DNA from: Desulfobacteraceae bacterium
GTDB lineage: Bacteria > Desulfobacterota > DSM-4660 > Desulfatiglandales > HGW-15
Direction of reading: 5' to 3'
Assembly (NCBI GenBank): GCA_050122535.1
Contig: JASFIT010000003.1
Span: 1 to 35,482, forward strand
Length of the DNA stretch: 35,482 bases
Shown here in pieces: positions 27,805 to 35,482 of this stretch. The notes below the pieces were generated by a model that ran no database searches, was not told where the DNA came from, and saw only the letters and a program-made list of their open reading frames with translations. The position numbers and the translations under genes were made by a program. Every line of letters begins with the position of its first letter. Within the stretch, counting starts at the first letter, position 1.

Positions 27805-29718
27805 ATGAAGAGTTTTAAAATCCATCTGAAAGATCAGTTAACCAAAGAAGTGGAAGCAAGGCCTATTCCAGCGCAGGAGGCCCTGCGGCATCTTCATGTG
27901 GCTAACTTGGGCAAAGTGATGGCGGTTAAGATAGATGGTGAAAGTCGAGACCTTTCAACTTTGATAGACTCTGAGGTGGCACTGGAACCCATTTTTTTGG
28001 AGTCAGAAGAGGGTCTTGAAATCTTACGGCACAGCACTTCGCATGTCATGGCCATGGCCGTCAAAGAGCTTTTTCCTGGTGTAAAGGTGACTATTGGGCC
28101 TGCCATTGAGAACGGTTTCTACTATGACTTTGATTATGAGCGGCCATTTCGGGAAGACGATCTTCCAAAGATCGAAGAGAAGATGAAAGAGATCGTCAAG
28201 GCAGACCTTCCCTTCGAGAGAAGTGAAATGAGAAGCGAAGAGGCGATAGCACTGTTTAGGGACGAAGGGGAGGATTACAAGGCGGAGATTATCGAAGACC
28301 TGGGTGAGGAAAGGGTTTCCCTATATACGCAGGGGAGTTTTACTGACCTGTGTCGTGGACCCCACCTTCCTTCTACTGGAAGAATAAAGGCTTTTCGACT
28401 GACAAAAGTGGCGGGAGCTTATTGGCGCGGCGATGAGAACCGGGCCATGTTGAGCCGAATTTATGGTGTGGCCTTTGCAGAACAAAAGGCACTGAAGAAA
28501 TATCTCCACAAATTGGAGGAGGCCAAGAAGCGGGATCATGTTAGACTGGGAAAAGAACTTGGCCTTTTTAGTACTTATGAAGAGATAGGGGCCGGTTTGG
28601 TTGTTTGGCACCCCAAAGGGTATATGCTGCGGCATATTCTGGAGGATTTTGAGATCCACGAACATTTGAAGCGTGGCTACGAGATGGTGAAAGGCCCTCA
28701 GCTTTTAAAGACCGAGTTATGGAAAAGGTCGGGGCATTTTGAAAACTACCGTGAGAACATGTACTTCACTGAGATTGATGAACAATCCTATGGGATCAAA
28801 CCGATGAACTGCTTGGCCCATATGCTCATTTACAACTCTAAGATCAGGAGCTATAGGGGCTTGCCTAAGAGATATTTCGAACTGGGCCTGGTTCATCGGC
28901 ATGAAAGATCCGGCGTATTGCATGGCCTTCTGAGGGTGAGGGAGTTTACGCAGGATGACGCCCACATCATCTGTACCCCGGAACAGTTGGACGGGGAGAT
29001 AAAAGGCGTTCTTGCTTTTGTGAAGGATGTCATGGGCATTTTCAAGTTTGACTATGAACTGGAAGTGAGTACGCGTCCGGAGAAGTCAATCGGATCAGAT
29101 GATGACTGGGAAAGGGCGACCACTGCCCTAATGCAAGCGATGGATGATAATGATTTACCCTACCAGATCAATGAGGGAGATGGTGCCTTTTATGGTCCTA
29201 AGATCGATGTGAAACTCAAAGATGCACTGGAGAGAAAATGGCAGTGTGCAACAGTGCAGTGTGATTTTACATTGCCAGAAAGATTTGATCTGACTTATAT
29301 AGATAGAGACGGGCAAAAGCATAGACCAGTCATGATCCATCGAGTGATCCTGGGTGCCCTTGAGAGATTCATTGGTGTGCTCATAGAGCATTACGGTGGC
29401 GCATTTCCCACATGGCTTTCCCCTGTGCAAGCGACTGTCCTCACAGTGACGGACAGAAATATAGCACATGGTGAAAAGTTGTTGAAGTCCTTGCTGGATG
29501 CGGGTATAAGGGCGGAAGCGGATTTTCGGAACGAGAAGTTGAGCCTAAAGGTTAGAGAGGCGCAGCTCCAGAAGATTCCTTATATGTTAATCATTGGTGA
29601 TAGGGAATCTGATAAAGGGGGCGTCACGCCTAGACTGAGAAGCGGTAAGAATCTTCCGTTTATGATGGGAGATGAATTTGTTGCGTTAATTGATGAAGAA
29701 ATTACACAAAGGAGGTAG
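27805..29718 (+). CDS. thrS: threonyl-tRNA synthetase
   Basis: [43 protein letters not shown]. Confidence 0.99.
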   Translation: MKSFKIHLKDQLTKEVEARPIPAQEALRHLHVANLGKVMAVKIDGESRDLSTLIDSEVALEPIFLESEEGLEILRHSTSHVMAMAVKELFPGVKVTIGPAIENGFYYDFDYERPFREDDLPKIEEKMKEIVKADLPFERSEMRSEEAIALFRDEGEDYKAEIIEDLGEERVSLYTQGSFTDLCRGPHLPSTGRIKAFRLTKVAGAYWRGDENRAMLSRIYGVAFAEQKALKKYLHKLEEAKKRDHVRLGKELGLFSTYEEIGAGLVVWHPKGYMLRHILEDFEIHEHLKRGYEMVKGPQLLKTELWKRSGHFENYRENMYFTEIDEQSYGIKPMNCLAHMLIYNSKIRSYRGLPKRYFELGLVHRHERSGVLHGLLRVREFTQDDAHIICTPEQLDGEIKGVLAFVKDVMGIFKFDYELEVSTRPEKSIGSDDDWERATTALMQAMDDNDLPYQINEGDGAFYGPKIDVKLKDALERKWQCATVQCDFTLPERFDLTYIDRDGQKHRPVMIHRVILGALERFIGVLIEHYGGAFPTWLSPVQATVLTVTDRNIAHGEKLLKSLLDAGIRAEADFRNEKLSLKVREAQLQKIPYMLIIGDRESDKGGVTPRLRSGKNLPFMMGDEFVALIDEEITQRR

Positions 29719-29723
29719 CGGCT

Positions 29724-30239
29724 ATAGTTAAGAAGATAGATTCTATCAGGATAAATCGTCGGATCCATGCCAAGACGGTGCGGCTGATTTCCGTGGACGG
29801 ACGTCAGCTTGGTATTGTGAGCATTCAAGAGGCCCTGGACGCTGCAGGTGAGGATGGGCTGGATCTTGTGGAGGTTGCACCCAATTCAGACCCTCCCGTT
29901 TGCAGGATCATGGATTATGGTAAATTTAAATACCAAGCCAGCAAGAGAGAACAAGGGGCTCGAAAGAAGGGAAAAACCTTTCAGGTCAAAGAAATCAAAC
30001 TCAGACCGCACACTGAGGAACATGATTTGGGGTTCAAGATTCGGAACCTGAAAAAGTTTCTAGACAAGAAAAACAGGGTAAAGGTAACCGTGATCTTTCG
30101 GGGCCGGGAACTCGCTTACAAGGACGTGGGCAAAGAGCTTCTTCAAAGGGTTGCTGAGGAAGTCATGGATATGGGGACGGTGGAGCAACCCCCCAGAGAA
30201 GAGGGACGGAACCTGTCCATGTTTATTGTCCCCAAGTAG
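29724..30239 (+). CDS. infC: translation initiation factor IF-3 (non-canonical ATA start)
   Basis: LDLVEVAP, PPVCRIMDYGKFKY, VKEIK; in-frame ATA29724 8 nt after GGAGG restores RINRRI. Confidence 0.95.
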   Translation: MVKKIDSIRINRRIHAKTVRLISVDGRQLGIVSIQEALDAAGEDGLDLVEVAPNSDPPVCRIMDYGKFKYQASKREQGARKKGKTFQVKEIKLRPHTEEHDLGFKIRNLKKFLDKKNRVKVTVIFRGRELAYKDVGKELLQRVAEEVMDMGTVEQPPREEGRNLSMFIVPK

Positions 30240-30513
30240 ACCCATCGCCGCAAATTATGAAATCGCTTCACGATTCTATATAATGTCCCGCTACAATCCT
30301 AGGCGGGACTCAAAAAAGGAAATTCCCATACAATCAAGCTACGCCTACCAAGAATAGCATTTAATTTGCTGGGGCGACATCATCATATGTAGGCCAATGG
30401 ATTGGAGTTTTACAGAGCACGTGACAAAATCTGGCGTAGTGTTACAAAAATGTCTAACACAGATGTTAACATCTTGTTTTATATAGTCGGCTAAAGTAAA
30501 TGGAGGATTGAAA

Positions 30514-30711
30514 ATGCCCAAAATGAAAACCAACCGCGGAGCAGCCAAGAGATTTAAGGCCACGGGTTCGGGGAAGATTGTGCGGAATAAGGCCTTTGCC
30601 AATCATATACTGACTAAAAAAAGTACAAAAAGAAAGCGTAACCTACGCAAATCTGGTCTCGTCCATTCATCAAACAGGCAGAAAATCACGAGACTGATTC
30701 CTTACAGGTAA
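30514..30711 (+). CDS. rpmI: 50S ribosomal protein L35
   Basis: [21 protein letters not shown]. Confidence 0.98.
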   Translation: MPKMKTNRGAAKRFKATGSGKIVRNKAFANHILTKKSTKRKRNLRKSGLVHSSNRQKITRLIPYR

Positions 30712-30802
30712 AAGGCCTCCAAGTTCGATCCGTGATAACTGAGCCCTGGAACATCATCCTTTACGAGGGCTTACTGGAGAAATTCTTAAATGAGGTTCAA
30801 TT

Positions 30803-31147
30803 ATGCCAAGGGTAAAAAGAGGCTCCAAAACGAGACAGAGAAGAAAAAAAGTACTGAAAGCTGCAAAAGGTTACAGAGGCGGCCAGAGTAGACTCTTTAA
30901 GACGGCATCCATCTCTGTGAACAGGGCGAGAATGTACGCCTATCGGGATAGGAGGGCCAGGAAAAGAGACTTTCGAAGGCTTTGGATCATACGGATTAAT
31001 GCGGCCGCCAGAGAGAACGGTCTCTCTTACAGCCAACTTATGGGCGGACTCCATAAAGCAGGCATTGATTTGGATAGAAAGATTCTCGCTGAAATGGCCG
31101 TGAATGATCCTGCGGCCTTCGCCCAAGTGGCCGAGATGGCCAGATAG
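30803..31147 (+). CDS. rplT: 50S ribosomal protein L20
   Basis: [27 protein letters not shown]. Confidence 0.99.
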   Translation: MPRVKRGSKTRQRRKKVLKAAKGYRGGQSRLFKTASISVNRARMYAYRDRRARKRDFRRLWIIRINAAARENGLSYSQLMGGLHKAGIDLDRKILAEMAVNDPAAFAQVAEMAR

Positions 31148-31257
31148 AAAGGGTGTCGCGGACTAAGAGGTCGCTTAGCTATATGGCCCCGTTTGGCATT
31201 GCAGGCGGGGCCTAAAAGTAAACGGGTCCTTTCCATGACAGGACAAGTTGTTTTCAC

Positions 31258-32265
31258 ATGAGAGAAAAGCTTCTTGAAATGGAAAAAAGGGCGCTCAAAG
31301 AAATTGAGACCCTACGAAATCAATCCGGTTTGGAGAAATTCCGGATCGCCTATCTCGGGAAAAAAAGCCCAATTGTCTCTGCAATGAAGCAATTGAAGGA
31401 CTTGCCTGCAGAGGAAAGGCCCGAAGTGGGCCAGCTGGCAAACCGAATAAAGGCCAATCTATCCAGACTCTATGAAGAGGCAAGGGATAGAATTGAGTCT
31501 GATAAAGCCAAAGAAGCCCACCTCCTCGATATCACGCTTCCTGGTCGAGAACCTGTCATAGGACATCTTCATCCCATCACCCAAGTAACTAAAGAGATCT
31601 GCAACATATTTTTGCGTATGGGATTTAGGATCGTGAAAGGTCCCAACGTGGAATTGGATTATTACAATTTCGAAGCCCTTAATATCCCACGCGATCATCC
31701 GGCCAGGGATATGCAGGATACGTTCTACATTTCTGACAATGTGGTCCTTAGAACGCACACATCTCCCATGCAGGTCCGGGTCATGGAAAAGCAGTCTCCT
31801 CCTGTGAGCGTGATTGCCCCTGGCAAAGTGTACAGGAGAGATTCTGACGTGTCCCATACGCCAATGTTTCACCAGGTGGAAGGACTGCTTGTGGACAAGG
31901 GCGTGACCTTTGGCGACCTGAAGGGTACGCTCACCAGCTTTGTCCATCAGTATTTTGGCCGAGATACGGCGCTCCGTTTCAGGCCTAGCTTTTTCCCTTT
32001 TACTGAACCAAGTGCAGAGGTGGACATCCAATGTGTTATATGCGGAGGGAAGGGCTGTCGCACCTGCTCACATACAGGTTGGCTGGAGATCTTGGGGTCG
32101 GGCATGGTGGACCCAGAGGTTTATCGGTTTGTGGATTACGATGCGGAGATATACTCAGGTTTTGCCTTTGGAATGGGGATTGAGAGGATCGCCATGCTCA
32201 AATATGGTATTGATGATATTCAACTCTTCTTTAAGAACGATATGCGTTTTTTGCGACAGTTCTGA
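31258..32265 (+). CDS. pheS: phenylalanyl-tRNA synthetase alpha subunit
   Basis: [37 protein letters not shown]. Confidence 0.99.
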   Translation: MREKLLEMEKRALKEIETLRNQSGLEKFRIAYLGKKSPIVSAMKQLKDLPAEERPEVGQLANRIKANLSRLYEEARDRIESDKAKEAHLLDITLPGREPVIGHLHPITQVTKEICNIFLRMGFRIVKGPNVELDYYNFEALNIPRDHPARDMQDTFYISDNVVLRTHTSPMQVRVMEKQSPPVSVIAPGKVYRRDSDVSHTPMFHQVEGLLVDKGVTFGDLKGTLTSFVHQYFGRDTALRFRPSFFPFTEPSAEVDIQCVICGGKGCRTCSHTGWLEILGSGMVDPEVYRFVDYDAEIYSGFAFGMGIERIAMLKYGIDDIQLFFKNDMRFLRQF

Positions 32266-32270
32266 GTTGA

Positions 32271-32339
32271 TGTCCGTTGTCTGTTGTCCGTTGTTTGTTG
32301 CATTCCTTTTCAACGGACGAAAAACGACTGACTACTGAC
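32271..32339. repeat. 7-bp tandem array (TGTCCGT) plus degenerate inverted array between pheS and pheT
   Basis: TGTCCGT TGTCTGT TGTCCGT TGTTTGT ... CAACGGAC...GACTGAC TACTGAC. Confidence 0.7.
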
Positions 32340-32414
32340 GGGTGGCAGGCTCCTGGGGCCGTAGAAAGGCGTACTTTCTACCGCTTCCATTTCTCAAGTA
32401 GGCGGCAACAACAC

Positions 32415-34829
32415 ATGCGCGTAAGTCTGAACTGGCTCAAAGATTATGTGGACATAGATATACCAGCGAAGGATCTGGCTGAACGATTGACCATGTCTGG
32501 GCTGGAAGTGGAAGGTCTGGAGCCGCTGGGCAGGTCCCTTCAAGATATCCGGGTCGCGAAAATATTATCCATAAAGCGCCATCCTGGTGCTGATCGTCTC
32601 TTTATCTGTCACATGGATACGGGTGATGGAGAAGTGCCCGTGGTCTGCAGTGCACCCAACCTCACGACAGGGGCAATAGTCCCCATGGCCCTACCAGGCA
32701 CCCAATTGCCGGGAGGAACGATTGTCGAAGAAAGCCGAATAAGGGGTGAACGCTCCGTGGGCATGCTCCTGGCCGAAGATGAGATGGGCCTTACCGATGA
32801 CCATACGGGCATCATGATTCTGCCTTCTGACCTGTCACCCGGAGCAAAAGTCCCTAAGGTCGTTCCTTTGGAGGATTGGGTTTTTGATATCAGCATTACG
32901 CCCAACAGACCCGACTGCGCCTGCGTCATAGGCGTTGCCAGAGAAATTGCGGCCATTACAGGTCAGAAACTGAAGCGTCCTGAGATTAAAATAGAGGAAG
33001 GTGAAACGCCCATAGAGGATCTCACCCATGTTACCCTAGTTGATTCTGAAGGGTGTCCCCGTTATGCGGCAGGGATGATACAGAGCATTGAACTGCGGCC
33101 ATCCCCTTTCTGGATGCGATACCGTCTCCACGCCTCGGGCGTGAGAGGCATCAATAATGTGGTCGATGTGAGCAATTATGTGATGCTGGAGATGGGTCAA
33201 CCCTTGCACGCCTTTGATTATGATCGGCTCAGAGAGAACAGGATCGTGGTGAAAAGGGCGGAGAATGGCGAAATATTCAGCACCCTAGATGGCCAGTCCC
33301 ATACCCTTGACGGTGAAATCCTGATGATCTGTGACGGAGAGAGGTCAGTGGCCGTGGCAGGCATCATGGGTGGTCTTAACTCAGAGATCTTTGCCGGTTC
33401 CACCAATGTGCTGGTGGAGAGCGCCTATTTCGATCCTATAACCATACGCAGGGGCGCCAGGAAACTGGGTCTCTCCACAGAGGCTTCCTACCGATTTGAA
33501 CGGGGAATAGACATTGAGGGCGTAATCACCGCCTTGAGAAGGGCCCTGATGCTCATTCACCAATTAGCCGGTGGCGAGATTATCAGAGGACTCATCGATA
33601 ATTATCCAAAGCCTTTCAGCCAACCGACCATTGATCTGAGGATTGACAAAACAAATGATTTCCTTGGGACCTCCCTTTCTCAGGACACCATAGCTGGGTA
33701 TCTGAGGGCCCTGGAGTTGCAGGTGAAAGAGGTGGATCCGAATCTGATCAGAGTCACGCCACCCCCGTATCGCGTTGATATCACAAGAGAAGTAGACCTT
33801 ATGGAGGAAGTGGCGAGGCTGGAGGGATACGACAGGATTCTCGTGACATCACCTCATATAAGGCCTTCTGATGAGGCGGATTTGCCCAGGCTTATCCTTC
33901 GTGACCAGATGCGAGAGATCATGGTGGGCCTCGGTTTTACCGAGATTATCACCTACAGCTTCATTTCCCCAGATTCGGCGGTGTTTTTGGGGGCGGGAGA
34001 GAATAGCCCCCTCCGATCTTTTGTAAAATTGCTGAATCCTCTTACCGCGGATCAGTCCGTGATGAGAACTTCCCTTGTGCCAGGGCTTTTGGATGCCATT
34101 CAAACCAATATCCTCCATGGAGAGAAAGATCTGAAGCTCTTTGAGTGGGGCAAGGTGTTTATTCAAAGTGAAAACGCCGAACTCCCCCTAGAGGTGCCTT
34201 TCCTGAGCGCCATCATGACCGGCTTGTCGGATCAAAAGGCCTGGTATCGGGAGGAGAGAAATGTGGATTTTTACGACATTAAAGGGGGTGTTGAGGCCCT
34301 CTTGACCTCCCTGGGACTGGATGGATTTCTGTTCAAAAGGGACCACATTCCACCCTACTATCATCCTGAGTTCTCCTCTCAAGTTCACTTCTCTGATTCC
34401 GTCCTAGGACATGTGGGCCAAATTCTGCCCGAGGTTATGAATACCTACGGTTTGGAATCTGTGATAGCCTATCTCTTTGAACTGGATATAGAAATCCTTA
34501 TGGAGCAGATGCCAGATAGAAAGGCATTTGAACCCTACGCCAGGTTTCCGGCGGTTTTCAGGGATATTTCATTGATCGTGGGCCGAGGCGTGGCAAGTGC
34601 TGAGGTACAAGAAATTATAGAGAGTGAGGGAGGAGAACTCATTGAGTCTGTAGACCTTTATGACCTTTACGAAGGGGGGAAAATCGATCCCTCTGAAAAG
34701 GCTATTGCCTTCCGGATCTGTTACAGGTCCCAAAAGGGCACTTTGGATGGAAAGGAAATCAACCGTTTGCATGAGACCATTATCGAGCAAATAAGGCAAA
34801 AAACCGGTGGTCGATTAAGGGAGGGTTGA
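32415..34829 (+). CDS. pheT: phenylalanyl-tRNA synthetase beta subunit
   Basis: MRVSLNWLKDY start, TPNRPD, GQPLHAFD, RVDI, FPAVFRDIS. Confidence 0.99.
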   Translation: MRVSLNWLKDYVDIDIPAKDLAERLTMSGLEVEGLEPLGRSLQDIRVAKILSIKRHPGADRLFICHMDTGDGEVPVVCSAPNLTTGAIVPMALPGTQLPGGTIVEESRIRGERSVGMLLAEDEMGLTDDHTGIMILPSDLSPGAKVPKVVPLEDWVFDISITPNRPDCACVIGVAREIAAITGQKLKRPEIKIEEGETPIEDLTHVTLVDSEGCPRYAAGMIQSIELRPSPFWMRYRLHASGVRGINNVVDVSNYVMLEMGQPLHAFDYDRLRENRIVVKRAENGEIFSTLDGQSHTLDGEILMICDGERSVAVAGIMGGLNSEIFAGSTNVLVESAYFDPITIRRGARKLGLSTEASYRFERGIDIEGVITALRRALMLIHQLAGGEIIRGLIDNYPKPFSQPTIDLRIDKTNDFLGTSLSQDTIAGYLRALELQVKEVDPNLIRVTPPPYRVDITREVDLMEEVARLEGYDRILVTSPHIRPSDEADLPRLILRDQMREIMVGLGFTEIITYSFISPDSAVFLGAGENSPLRSFVKLLNPLTADQSVMRTSLVPGLLDAIQTNILHGEKDLKLFEWGKVFIQSENAELPLEVPFLSAIMTGLSDQKAWYREERNVDFYDIKGGVEALLTSLGLDGFLFKRDHIPPYYHPEFSSQVHFSDSVLGHVGQILPEVMNTYGLESVIAYLFELDIEILMEQMPDRKAFEPYARFPAVFRDISLIVGRGVASAEVQEIIESEGGELIESVDLYDLYEGGKIDPSEKAIAFRICYRSQKGTLDGKEINRLHETIIEQIRQKTGGRLREG

Positions 34830-34836
34830 GGAGGTT

Positions 34837-35157
34837 ATGGAGATCCCTGAGGACAAGAAGTATTTTAGAATAGGTGAGGTGAGTCGTATTATAGGTGTTC
34901 GACCCTATGTATTAAGATATTGGGAAAGCGAATTTCCCCAAATCCGGCCCCATAGGGCCGACTCCAATCAGAGGACATATCAAAAAAAGGACCTGGAAAC
35001 GATCTTCAGGATTAAGAAGCTCCTCTATGAGGAGCGGCTTACCATTGAGGGTGCGAGAAAGAAACTAAAAGAGAACCGGTCAAATCCGCTCCCTGTAGAG
35101 AAAGAGCTCCTCAAAGAAATAAAGAGCGAGCTTCGAGATATCCTGAAGGCCCTTTAA
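34837..35157 (+). CDS. MerR family transcriptional regulator
   Basis: YFRIGEVS...VLRYWESEF...LLYEERLTIEGAR; usual position downstream of pheT. Confidence 0.95.
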   Translation: MEIPEDKKYFRIGEVSRIIGVRPYVLRYWESEFPQIRPHRADSNQRTYQKKDLETIFRIKKLLYEERLTIEGARKKLKENRSNPLPVEKELLKEIKSELRDILKAL

Positions 35158-35224
35158 CATTTTCCCAATACACCCCTTTGTCTGAGAATCCGTTCCTATT
35201 TCCCCCACCTCTTGGACACTAGGC

Positions 35225-35389
35225 CGCAATTCGACAAACCGTCATTGCGGGCGAGCCCCGCAAGCCTGCCCCGTACCTGATACGGGGTTGGGCGAGACCC
35301 GGAATCCAGGAAGATCGCGGAAAATCAAATCATTCTGGATCCCGGCTCGCATCCCGCCCCGCAGGATTTGGCCGGGATGACGAATTGCG
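35225..35389. repeat. composite REP/MITE-like palindromic element
   Basis: CGCAATTCG/CGAATTGCG ends; GTCATT...CCGGAATCCAG / CTGGATCCCGG...GATGAC; nested CCCCGTACCTGATACGGGG. Confidence 0.65.
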
Positions 35390-35482
35390 AAACAGTTTCG
35401 TGGCGGGGACGGGTTTTTCAAATGACTAGGATTTGAGTCAACAGATAAAGATCTCCACAGGAACCCTACTGATCAATCGACA

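Overview
Chromosomal segment from a probable Desulfobacterota (deltaproteobacterial) genome, judged from gene content and order. It has three housekeeping blocks: LysM-dprA-topA converging on nfi; radC / Zn-dependent PLC-family / mutL-miaA-hypothetical-pgsA-like; and tRNA-Val-thrS-infC-rpmI-rplT-pheS-pheT-MerR. tRNA-Leu(TAG) lies next to radC. The first ~8 kb and 14-19 kb hold small signalling or hypothetical genes (Csp, TPR, PilZ, FHA-GAF, receiver domain, stand-alone MshEN-like protein, Cys-rich proteins). The most unusual signals are non-coding or tiny. (1) A cluster of sigma54 (-24/-12) promoters, two near-identical ones driving a pair of paralogous small membrane proteins, with a tandem palindromic enhancer-like site. 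(2) A ~200-nt nested hairpin upstream of radC whose A.C mismatches become G.U pairs only on the minus strand. (3) Four intergenic elements built from 7-10-bp tandem repeats, three followed by an inverted copy of the array. (4) A MITE family carrying nested REP-like palindromes. No integrase, transposase or CRISPR array was seen. All calls are from reading the sequence by eye; no searches were run.
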